A DNA stretch of 64,000 bases from Candidatus Saccharimonadia bacterium (lineage in GTDB: Bacteria; Patescibacteriota; Saccharimonadia; UBA4664; SCTI01). A program made the translations under genes and the position numbers. The notes under the pieces were generated by a model. It was not told the origin of the DNA and did no database searches. It saw only the letters and a program-made list of their open reading frames with translations. The DNA lies in NCBI GenBank assembly GCA_046597065.1, contig JBKJLI010000002.1, positions 52,071 to 116,070 on the forward strand, written 5' to 3'. Positions 20,068 through 27,973 of the stretch are shown here, one piece after another. Numbering within the stretch: position 1 is the stretch's first letter; each line of letters starts with the position of its first letter.

Positions 20068-21188
20068 TGCGGGTATACGTTGGCTTAAGTGGCGGAGTTG
20101 ATAGTGCCGTAACGGCGGCTTTGCTGCAGCAGCAAGGCTTTGATGTAACGGGTGTGTACATGAAAAACTGGACGCAGGATTTACCCGGCGCAAAGTGCCC
20201 TTGGGCAGAGGATTTGGCCGATGCCCGGGCGGTAGCAACACATCTCGATATCCCATTTAAAGTTTATGATTTCGAGCGCGAATATAAGCAACAAGTTGTG
20301 GACTATATGGTGGCCGAGTATCAAGTTGGGCGCACACCTAATCCAGATGTAATGTGCAACCAAGAGATTAAGTTTAAACTGTTTTTAGATGCCGCTATTT
20401 CCGATGGAGCAGACATGATCGCGACCGGTCACTACGCCTCTATTAAAAAAGGCGAACTGTTTAGGGGAATCGACGACAACAAAGACCAGACCTACTTTTT
20501 GTATCGTGTCACGGGGGCAGCGCTAGCTAAAACACTGATGCCAATTGGTGATTACACCAAGCTTGATGTACGCGAACTTGCTAAAAAGTTCGGGCTACCA
20601 AACGCGACTAAAAAAGATTCACAGGGAATTTGTTTTGTTGGTCCGGTTGGAATGAAAGCTTTTTTACAGCAGTACGTTAAAACCAAGAGCGGCGACATTC
20701 TTGATAAAGGGGGTAAAAAGTTGGGCGAGCATGCTGGTGCGATTTTTTACACCATTGGTCAGAGGAGCGGCTTAGGGATTGGCGGCCCCGACGGCCCCTA
20801 CTTTGTGGTCGGCAAAAATTTGGATCGCAATGAGGTGTATGTTACGAGCGACCCGGCCGATTTAGAGTTGCAGAGTGATCGGGTAAGTTTGGGTGACTTA
20901 CACTGGATTGGTGGGGCGCCTATTGAGGACAAAGAGTATCTAGTGCGCTTTCGCCACCGCGGGGAGCTGCAGGAATGTGGAGTGGCTCCAGATAATAGCG
21001 GTTACGAGTTACATCTTCAAAAACCAGCCCACGCCCTGGCCTCTGGCCAGTCGGCGGTAATCTATGATGATCGCAAAGTTCTGGGGGGCGGGATAATCTA
21101 TGCCAATGTGGCCAAGGACGAAGGCACACATTGGGTCGAAGAGTCGGAGTTTCCAGACTATCATAAGGGGGCAGCCGGTTTGGCATGA
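20067..21188 (+). CDS. mnmA: tRNA 2-thiouridylase
   Basis: SGGVDS, TPNPDVMCN, ATGHY, KDQTYFL, DSQGICF. Confidence 0.97.
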   Translation: MRVYVGLSGGVDSAVTAALLQQQGFDVTGVYMKNWTQDLPGAKCPWAEDLADARAVATHLDIPFKVYDFEREYKQQVVDYMVAEYQVGRTPNPDVMCNQEIKFKLFLDAAISDGADMIATGHYASIKKGELFRGIDDNKDQTYFLYRVTGAALAKTLMPIGDYTKLDVRELAKKFGLPNATKKDSQGICFVGPVGMKAFLQQYVKTKSGDILDKGGKKLGEHAGAIFYTIGQRSGLGIGGPDGPYFVVGKNLDRNEVYVTSDPADLELQSDRVSLGDLHWIGGAPIEDKEYLVRFRHRGELQECGVAPDNSGYELHLQKPAHALASGQSAVIYDDRKVLGGGIIYANVAKDEGTHWVEESEFPDYHKGAAGLA

Positions 21189-21191
21189 AGA

Positions 21192-21242
21192 AGCCCCAGG
21201 GGGCTCTCCACTCAGAACCTGAGTTTTGAGCCCACTAGGGCT
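21192..21242. terminator. Compound hairpin between mnmA and the alpha-CTD cassette
   Basis: AGCCC..GGGCTC / GAGCCC..GGGCT outer stem with inner ACTCAG-aac-CTGAGT. Confidence 0.55.
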
Positions 21243-21253
21243 GGGGTCGGAAG

Positions 21254-21391
21254 TTAATCCGGCGGTTGGTCATTCGCGTGGTTGTTCTGGGGTGGGTAGC
21301 TCGGATCGCCCCAGCTCCACCACACGAAGAGCAGTCCGTGAAGTACGATACCGGCCAAGATGGCAAGCACAATCGCTTCCGCGTTACTCAT
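21254..21391 (-). CDS. Small 45-aa single-TM protein
   Basis: Hand-translated MSNAEAIVLAILAGIVLHGLLFVWWSWGDPSYPPQNNHANDQPPD, directly downstream of the alpha-CTD gene. Confidence 0.5.
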   Translation of the reverse strand: MSNAEAIVLAILAGIVLHGLLFVWWSWGDPSYPPQNNHANDQPPD

Positions 21392-21429
21392 GGTTACTCG
21401 TTTCTCTCGAGTGGGTTATGGGGATCTGC

Positions 21430-21831
21430 TTAGCCCAGAAATACCAGGCCATACTCCGCCAACTTGGCCTCGACCTCGTTGATTGAGTGGTTGCCCATGT
21501 TGGGAATCATCTCCATGTCGTGACGTGAAAGTTCGATCAGCTCTTGGACGGTTGAGATGTGAGCACGCGAGAGGCAGTTGTAAGCCCGCACGCCCAATTC
21601 AAGCTCTTCGAGCCGAGTGTCGCCAAGAGGCTTATCAAAACTCCGGTGCGCTTCGGGTAGTTGGACTCCTTGGTTGCTGAATACACGTGGCATCACGTCG
21701 ATCGTGAGTGTGTAGCCGAGTTGAGTTCCTTGTAGGGCAGCCTTGATTCTTTCAATCTGCTCATAAAGATCATTCGGTTCACCGACAAGAGTTCCGTCTA
21801 TACTACCCTTTACTTCGAGTACAATCTGCAT
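21430..21831 (-). CDS. Stand-alone RNA polymerase alpha subunit C-terminal-domain protein
   Basis: LEELELGVRAYNCL...ISTVQELIELSRHDMEMIPNMGNHSINEVEAKLAEYGL matches alpha-CTD; no alpha-NTD; own promoter TTGACT-16-TACTTT. Confidence 0.88.
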   Translation of the reverse strand: MQIVLEVKGSIDGTLVGEPNDLYEQIERIKAALQGTQLGYTLTIDVMPRVFSNQGVQLPEAHRSFDKPLGDTRLEELELGVRAYNCLSRAHISTVQELIELSRHDMEMIPNMGNHSINEVEAKLAEYGLVFLG

Positions 21832-21980
21832 AGCAGATCCTTCCAGTGAGTTCTCTTAATCCGAAGACTTAGCAATAACAAAGTACCATAAAAGTATAGT
21901 AAGTCAAGCAGAAATTAGTAAATTCTTACTGAAGTGCAACATAAGCAGTAAAAACTATCGCGCAGTAGGAATAATACCTC

Positions 21981-22063
21981 ATGACAACCGATCAAATCCG
22001 CTCAAAAATATTTAGAGTTTATGCAGGCAAAGGGGCATACGATAGTGTCATCGGCTCCGGTGT
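21981..22063 (+). pseudogene. Frameshifted second copy of the alaS 5' end
   Basis: MTTDQIRSK(+1)YLEFMQAKGHTIVSSAPV versus MTTDQIRSKFLEFMKLKGHTIVPSAPV at 22352. Confidence 0.9.
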
Positions 22064-22075
22064 CGGGTAGCATAG

Positions 22076-22104
22076 TTGCAGCTGAGGCGATCAAGAGGTA
22101 AGAT
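22076..22104 (+). promoter_or_regulatory. Predicted sigma70 promoter of a small RNA
   Basis: TTGCAG-17-TAAGAT; expected TSS ~22111. Confidence 0.6.
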
Positions 22105-22110
22105 AGACTT

Positions 22111-22174
22111 ACTTCGCGGGCGATCCCGTCAACTCAGACGGCATTTAAAAAAAGACGCATCAAGCGTCTTTTTT
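22111..22174 (+). ncRNA. Predicted ~64-nt sRNA antisense to the anticodon arm of the adjacent tRNA-like gene
   Basis: First 18 nt are 16/18 complementary to the tRNA; CCGTC-aactca-GACGG hairpin; U-tract terminator. Confidence 0.55.
22147..22174. terminator. Bidirectional intrinsic terminator
   Basis: AAAAAAAGACGC-atcaa-GCGTCTTTTTT. Confidence 0.85.
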
Positions 22175-22186
22175 GTTGGGAATGAC

Positions 22187-22276
22187 TGGCGGTGGAAGTG
22201 GGATTCGAACCCACGAGAGACCTAGATCTCTGATCACTTCGCGGGTGATTCCGATAAACCACTCCGGCATTCCACC
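22187..22276 (-). tRNA. Atypical tRNA: serine-type body with anticodon loop CCGCGAA (GCG)
   Basis: Fully paired 7-bp acceptor GGTGGAA/TTCCACC, G73, CCA, 6-bp variable arm, TTCGAAT T-loop; C at position 33. Confidence 0.85.
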
Positions 22277-22351
22277 GGATGAGCCAGCCAGACCCACAAC
22301 GAGTATTTCAAATCAAGATTAAATCCCGGTTAAACTGATACAATAATTCTG

Positions 22352-24157
22352 ATGACAACCGATCAAATTCGCTCAAAATTTTTAGAGTTCATGAAGCTAA
22401 AAGGTCACACCATCGTGCCGTCGGCGCCGGTGTGGTTGGCTGATGACAAGTCAACGCTGTTTACCAGCGCCGGCATGCAGCCAGTGGTTCCATACCTATT
22501 GGGCAAAAAACATCCTGGTGGCAGCCGAATTGCCAATAGTCAAAAATGTATCCGCACCGATGATATCGAGGAGGTGGGGGACAACCGCCACTTAACTATG
22601 TTCGAAATGCTCGGAAACTGGAGTCTGGGAGATTATTTTAAGAATGAGTCAATTGCATGGAGTTTTGAATTTTTAACGGCTAAGCAGTGGTTGGGGCTTG
22701 ATCCAAAGCGCCTTTATATAACGGTTTATGAAGGCGACGTTCAAGTACCACAAGATGATGAGGCGGCGGAAATTTGGGTAGAGCAGTTTAAGGCCGTAGG
22801 CATTGAGGCTAAACTAGGTGGCCGTATCCAAACCCGCGGTGCCAGCGATAACTGGTGGGCTTTAGGCCCAACTGGACCCTGCGGACCAGACACCGAGATA
22901 TTTTATTATATCGGCAATGATGAAGATCCAAAATTTGCCGATAGCGATGAGTTTATCGAAGTTTGGAACAACGTATTTATGGTTTACGACCGCCAGGGCG
23001 AGGGCGACTTACGCGACTTGCCAGCCAAAAATGTAGATACCGGTATGGGGCTAGAGCGTATAGCGGCGGTGGTTCAAGGTGCCTCAAGTGTTTTTGATAC
23101 CGATCTAATGCACCAGATCATATTGCGAATATTGGGGGTGGCCGGACACCACTTTGAGCCGGTCTTTCGCGAAACTGATCACGATTTGGGTCGGGCGGCG
23201 CGGATTATTACCGATCACTTGCGCAGTGGGGTGTTTATGGCGGCCGATGGTGTGGTACCAAGCAACACCGATCGTGGTTATGTCATGCGCCGGCTGCTGC
23301 GCAGAGCTATCCGCCAGGGGTTGGTGCTAGGTATTCGCAGCGATCTTTTCGTTCAGGTCGCACCAAATATTATCGAGTTGTATAAAGCTGCATTCCCGGA
23401 GCTAGGCCAGAATCAGCAGACAATTATTGCTACCCTAGAAAAAGAAGAGCAGCTGTTCCGTAAAACTCTAGATAATGGTGTGCGCGAGCTAAAGAAGTTA
23501 GCGGCTGATGGCTTGAGTGGGCGAGATATATTTACGCTGTTTGATACTTATGGCTTTCCTCCAGAACTATCGGTTGAAGACGCAATCAGAGAAAGTATAG
23601 TTGTTGATTCGGGCTGGCAAGACCAGTTTAATCGTTTAATGGATGAACAAAAGCAGCGTTCACGTACAGCGGGAGCGGGGGAGTTTAAGGGTGGCTTGGC
23701 CGATCATGAACCAGCTACAGTACGACATCATAGTGCCACCCATTTAATGTACCAGGCACTAAGACAGGTTTTAGGCAAAGAGGTGGTGCAGCGCGGTTCA
23801 AACGTTAACTCTGAGCGTTTGAGGTTCGACTTTTCGCATGATACTAAGCTTACGGATGATGAAAAGCAGCACATTGAAGCAATCGTAAATGAGCAGATTA
23901 AAAATGACTTAAAAGTTTGGTTCGAAGAGCACCCCACCGATGAGGCTTTTAAGTTGGGGGCTAAAGGTGCTTTTGGGGATAAGTACGGTGATACGGTAAA
24001 GGTCTATTTTATGGGCAAAGACGGTGATGAGCCATTTAGTGTTGAGATTTGTGGCGGACCTCACGTTGATCGCACTGGCGATATGGGGCACTTTAGAATT
24101 CAAAAAGAGGAATCATCGAGTGCCGGAGTGCGCCGCATAAAAGCTAAATTAGAGTAG
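22352..24157 (+). CDS. alaS: Alanine--tRNA ligase (601 aa, lacks C-Ala domain)
   Basis: FTSAGMQP, HLTMFEMLGN, GPCGP, DTGMGLER, HSATH, CGGPH. Confidence 0.97.
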   Translation: MTTDQIRSKFLEFMKLKGHTIVPSAPVWLADDKSTLFTSAGMQPVVPYLLGKKHPGGSRIANSQKCIRTDDIEEVGDNRHLTMFEMLGNWSLGDYFKNESIAWSFEFLTAKQWLGLDPKRLYITVYEGDVQVPQDDEAAEIWVEQFKAVGIEAKLGGRIQTRGASDNWWALGPTGPCGPDTEIFYYIGNDEDPKFADSDEFIEVWNNVFMVYDRQGEGDLRDLPAKNVDTGMGLERIAAVVQGASSVFDTDLMHQIILRILGVAGHHFEPVFRETDHDLGRAARIITDHLRSGVFMAADGVVPSNTDRGYVMRRLLRRAIRQGLVLGIRSDLFVQVAPNIIELYKAAFPELGQNQQTIIATLEKEEQLFRKTLDNGVRELKKLAADGLSGRDIFTLFDTYGFPPELSVEDAIRESIVVDSGWQDQFNRLMDEQKQRSRTAGAGEFKGGLADHEPATVRHHSATHLMYQALRQVLGKEVVQRGSNVNSERLRFDFSHDTKLTDDEKQHIEAIVNEQIKNDLKVWFEEHPTDEAFKLGAKGAFGDKYGDTVKVYFMGKDGDEPFSVEICGGPHVDRTGDMGHFRIQKEESSSAGVRRIKAKLE

Positions 24158-24202
24158 AAAAAACCCGCCACTGGCACATACATGATGTGCACTTGGGCGG
24201 GG
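24158..24202 (-). terminator. Intrinsic terminator of the 24309..24578 cassette
   Basis: CCCGCC...GGCGGG stem with an A-run on + (U-tract on -). Confidence 0.7.
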
Positions 24203-24308
24203 TCGGGGTACGACCAGACGTGGAATTTCTGGTCGTACCCCCGGCGGGTGCCGAGTAGCCGAAGGGCTAGTAGTAGATCTCGGCGCGGGTTCTGCTTTGG
24301 GCAGAAGT

Positions 24309-24578
24309 TCAGTTGAGCTTACGCCGACGATTGGCGTGCCGACGATGAGCCGGGTGCTCGATGGTCTCGATGACCCTGGAGCCGGATGCGCGCAGGCGCT
24401 GCAGCTCATCGCTGACCTCGGTGATCGTGCCGCCGTAGCGGCGATCGTCCTCGATGACAACGCGACGCACTTCACGACCACCAAGGAGAGCCCGAAGCTC
24501 GTCGATGATGGTGATTGCCGGCTTGCCGTGGTTACTGGGGAGCAAAACACTCGGCTCAACAGCTGCTGCAGTGGTCAT
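24309..24578 (-). CDS. Hypothetical 89-aa protein
   Basis: GGAGGA SD and a perfect promoter upstream. Confidence 0.65.
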   Translation of the reverse strand: MTTAAAVEPSVLLPSNHGKPAITIIDELRALLGGREVRRVVIEDDRRYGGTITEVSDELQRLRASGSRVIETIEHPAHRRHANRRRKLN

Positions 24579-24618
24579 GAGATAGGTTCCTCCTGGAGGG
24601 GGTGTTCAGGATTGGGCA

Positions 24619-24647
24619 ATTATAGCGTATATCGTTAACAATGTCAA
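24619..24647 (-). promoter_or_regulatory. Consensus sigma70 promoter
   Basis: TTGACA-17-TATAAT exact match on the minus strand. Confidence 0.85.
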
Positions 24648-24785
24648 GACATAAAAACGCAAAATAGCAAACATAGCAGGGTAGAAGTGACTAACAGCAA
24701 AAATTAAAAAACACTTGCATAAGCATAAGCGTTTCTGCTTTACTAATGCTAACAGTAGTACAAAAACAAAAAACAGGAAAAGCAA

Positions 24786-24938
24786 ATGCTGATAAATGCA
24801 GCCACCAAAGGTGGTTCGGCGATTATTGAGTTAGTGATGGCAGCAACCATCATTTTGAGTGTAGGCGCTAGCGTCTACTTTGTGCAGCACTCAGTTGGTG
24901 CAAATCGCCAAGCCGTTGCCCAAATCTCATCAAACTAG
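24786..24938 (+). CDS. 50-aa prepilin-like protein
   Basis: Hand-translated MLINAATKGG|SAIIELVMAATIILSVGASVYFV...; class III signal-like, Glu at +5, hydrophobic helix. Confidence 0.55.
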   Translation: MLINAATKGGSAIIELVMAATIILSVGASVYFVQHSVGANRQAVAQISSN

Positions 24939-25045
24939 TCCCCTCTCGCCTAATTAACATAGAAAACCCCCGCATGACCTGAAGGTGCTTATGGTCAAAG
25001 CCGGGTGATCGCGGTACAATACAAAGGTGAAATTGACAGGTCAAA

Positions 25046-26308
25046 ATGGCTCTTAAACTAGTTGATAGATTCCGTAAAAAGTCCGACAAGGGCCGCTATT
25101 TAGTAGCGCTCGATATCGGGACCGAATACGTGAAGACTTTAATTGGCGAGATTGTCGATAACCAAGTCAACATTATTGGTGTGGGTCGTCAGCATCAGCG
25201 CTTAACCGATATGCAGTCGGGAGCTGTAACCGACATTGCCGGAGTGGTAGACAACTGCGATAAGGCGTTGAAGCAAGCCGAAGAGATGTGCGGCGTGGTT
25301 GCTAAAGATGCGGTGATCGGAATTGCCGGTGAGTTGGTAAAAGGTAGTTCAACTACTATTAAATACAAGCGCACCGATCCACAGAGTCGAATCGAGATGC
25401 CAGAGCTGCGTAAGATTTTAGAGCGGGTACAAGACAGAGCCTTTGAGCGGGCTCGTGAAACCTTGGCCTGGGAAACCGGCCAACAAGAGATTGACGTTAA
25501 GATGGTAAACACCGCTATTGTAGACGTGCAGATTGACGGCTACCGGGTTACAAACCCAATTGGCTTTCAGGGCCGTGACGTGTCGATTCAACTGTTTAAC
25601 GCATTTGCGCCAATGGTGCATATTGGTGCGTTGCAACAAGTGGGCAATAATCTAGATCTGAATGTGATAAACATTGCAGCCGAGCCGTTTGCAGTTGCCA
25701 AAAGTGTCGGCGGCGAAGACAGTAGCGACTTTAGTGCCATTTTTATAGACATTGGTGGCGGTACCACCGACATTGCCCTGGTAAACAACGGCGGGGTAGA
25801 GGGCGCCAAAATGTTTGGCATTGGCGGACGCTCATTTACCAAGCGCATTTCCCAAGTTGCCGGCGTCAGTTTTGAGCAGGCCGAGGAAATGAAGATTGAT
25901 CATTCGGCCGGCAGGCTGGCGCACGTTAAAGACAAAGCTGCCGTTGAAGAGGCAATCAATGCCGATATTAATGTTTGGCTTTCGGGCGTTGAACTAAGCC
26001 TTGCCGAGTTTGATAAGGTTGATCACTTGCCTGCAAAAATTCTGCTGTGTGGCGGCGGCACTGCCTTACCTGAGATTAAAAAAATTCTTCAAGGTGATTG
26101 GTACAAACGACTCCCCTTTGCCCGCAAACCGATCGTTAGCCACATTGAGCCAGAGCAAGTCTCTCGAGTGATCGACAAAACCGGCAAGCTGACCAGCTTT
26201 GCCGATATTACACCGATGGGCTTGGCTAACTTAGGGCTAGATGTCATTAATATCGGTGGACTTAGTGATAATATGTTGCAAAAACTAAGTAAGACGCTGC
26301 AAACTTAA
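25046..26308 (+). CDS. FtsA-like actin-fold ATPase
   Basis: ALDIGTEYVK, AAEPFA, IDIGGGTTD, LCGGG; not adjacent to ftsZ. Confidence 0.85.
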   Translation: MALKLVDRFRKKSDKGRYLVALDIGTEYVKTLIGEIVDNQVNIIGVGRQHQRLTDMQSGAVTDIAGVVDNCDKALKQAEEMCGVVAKDAVIGIAGELVKGSSTTIKYKRTDPQSRIEMPELRKILERVQDRAFERARETLAWETGQQEIDVKMVNTAIVDVQIDGYRVTNPIGFQGRDVSIQLFNAFAPMVHIGALQQVGNNLDLNVINIAAEPFAVAKSVGGEDSSDFSAIFIDIGGGTTDIALVNNGGVEGAKMFGIGGRSFTKRISQVAGVSFEQAEEMKIDHSAGRLAHVKDKAAVEEAINADINVWLSGVELSLAEFDKVDHLPAKILLCGGGTALPEIKKILQGDWYKRLPFARKPIVSHIEPEQVSRVIDKTGKLTSFADITPMGLANLGLDVINIGGLSDNMLQKLSKTLQT

Positions 26309-26311
26309 ACC

Positions 26312-27970
26312 ATGGCACAAGAATCATCCCCAGGCGTAATTTATTTAGAAGTCGACGAGGACATTACCTCGGCGATTGATAAGCTGACCAAGGATAGTGC
26401 CGACAAGATACAGGTGGTTACGGCCAAGCGCTCAACCTTGTTCCAATCGGTTATTAATTTAAGGCTGCTAAAAAAGTCGGCGGCCGACGTTAAAAAAGAG
26501 TTGATTTTAATCACCACCGATCGGGTATCAATCAATCTGGCTTCACGAATTGGTGTGCCGGTGGCGCACCAAATTGGCGAGCCACCGATTCCGGCAGCTG
26601 CGGCCGTTAGTGGAGTCGCTGCTGCCGGCGCAGCCATGGCGGCTGGTGCCGATGACGAGATTGACGGCGGTACCATAAGCGAAAAGGATCCTGAGCCGGT
26701 AAAACCTGCACCCAAGCCAGTTAGTGAGCCAGATGTCTCTCCGGATAAGCCAGTTGCAACCGGTGCAGCGGTGGGGGCGGCTTCGGCCAGCGCAGCCAAG
26801 TCGGGCAAGGCCAAAGTACCCAATATAAGCACTATGCAGAAGCGAATTCTGTGGATCGGCTTGGGTCTTGTGGTAGTAATTGGACTTATAGCGGCAAACT
26901 TCTATTTTGCCAGCGCCAAGGTAACGTTGTTTGCCAAAGGCTCGCAGCTTAATTCGAGTTTTAATTTTACCGCTGATCCGCAGGCGAAGCAGTCTAATAT
27001 TTCTGCCAACCTACTGGCAGCTACGCAGATATCCAGCAACAAGACTCTAAATGCCAGTGTGCAGGCAACTGGCTCTAAAGATAACGGCACCAAAGCTAGC
27101 GGAACCATGACGGTATCGAACTGCACTACCAATGCTCAACCGCTGGTTAGTGGTACACGTTTTGTATCTCCAGATGGAAAAGTCTTTCGATCGACGGCGG
27201 ATGTGAGTGTACCGGCGGCTACTTACCCAATTGGCGTTTGTATTGCCGGTAAAAAAAGCGTTGAAGTTTCTTCGGATGCCAATGGAGACTCCTATAATTT
27301 GGGCCCAGCTGATTACACGATCCCTGCACTAAGTAATCCTGCGGTGACTGCCAAAGGTGGACAGATGGCTGGCGGAACCAGCAAAATTGCCAAGGTTATA
27401 ACTCAGGGCGATGTAGACAAGGCCAAGCAAACGGCGCTAGATGCCGATAAGCCCGGGTCACTTAAAGAAATTCAAGATAAGGCCGGCAATGGCCAGGTTG
27501 TGCTTGATGCGTCACTGCAGCAAACAGTCAACAGTACTAACCCAAATCCAGATGTGAATGCCGAGGCGGCCAGTGGATCGGTAGCCGTACAGGTTACCTA
27601 TACTGCCCTAGCTGTCAAGAAATCGGAGCTGTCGGATTTGGCCAAAGCCGAGGAGCAGCAACAGGTTGGTGCCAACAAGCAAATATATGACGATGGCAGC
27701 GGCAATTTGCAGTTGATTTCAAGTGGTCCTCCCGATGCTTCGGGCGCCCAAAAGTTTAGCGCCAAAGCTACCGCTTTCGCCGGCACTAAGATTGATACCA
27801 CCGCCCTAGCCAAGCAGATCAAGGGTAAAAAGTATGGTGAAGCGGTGGATATTGCCTCTAGTCAGCCGGATATCGATAAGGCCGAAATTGTCTTAACCCC
27901 GGGTTGGGCTACTAGTATGCCAAGCTTTCCCAGCCACATCCACATCGAGATCAAGGCCTCGAGCCAGTAG
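26312..27970 (+). CDS. Membrane protein with baseplate J/gp47-like extracytoplasmic domain
   Basis: N-terminal IYLEVDEDITSAIDKL domain, Pro/Ala linker, TM, KASGTMTVSN...GTRFVS..GKVFRS...GDSYNL...GG motif pattern. Confidence 0.7.
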   Translation: MAQESSPGVIYLEVDEDITSAIDKLTKDSADKIQVVTAKRSTLFQSVINLRLLKKSAADVKKELILITTDRVSINLASRIGVPVAHQIGEPPIPAAAAVSGVAAAGAAMAAGADDEIDGGTISEKDPEPVKPAPKPVSEPDVSPDKPVATGAAVGAASASAAKSGKAKVPNISTMQKRILWIGLGLVVVIGLIAANFYFASAKVTLFAKGSQLNSSFNFTADPQAKQSNISANLLAATQISSNKTLNASVQATGSKDNGTKASGTMTVSNCTTNAQPLVSGTRFVSPDGKVFRSTADVSVPAATYPIGVCIAGKKSVEVSSDANGDSYNLGPADYTIPALSNPAVTAKGGQMAGGTSKIAKVITQGDVDKAKQTALDADKPGSLKEIQDKAGNGQVVLDASLQQTVNSTNPNPDVNAEAASGSVAVQVTYTALAVKKSELSDLAKAEEQQQVGANKQIYDDGSGNLQLISSGPPDASGAQKFSAKATAFAGTKIDTTALAKQIKGKKYGEAVDIASSQPDIDKAEIVLTPGWATSMPSFPSHIHIEIKASSQ

Positions 27971-27973
27971 CCC

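Noticed and set aside
22187-22276. tRNA-Sec or an 8/4 or 9/3 allo-tRNA
   Set aside because: The fold is canonical 7/5 with a short D-stem and no TCA anticodon.
22352-24157. alaS as a truncated pseudogene
   Set aside because: Catalytic and editing motifs are intact and the gene ends cleanly after the editing domain; short AlaRS forms are expected in reduced genomes.
24149-24638. ORFs 24149..24559(-) and 24297..24638(+)
   Set aside because: Alternative frames over the SD-supported 24309..24578 gene and the hairpin region; no SD or promoter support.
26312-27970. Prophage or contractile injection system suggested by the baseplate-like gene
   Set aside because: Single TM-anchored gene inside a housekeeping operon; no sheath, tube or spike genes.
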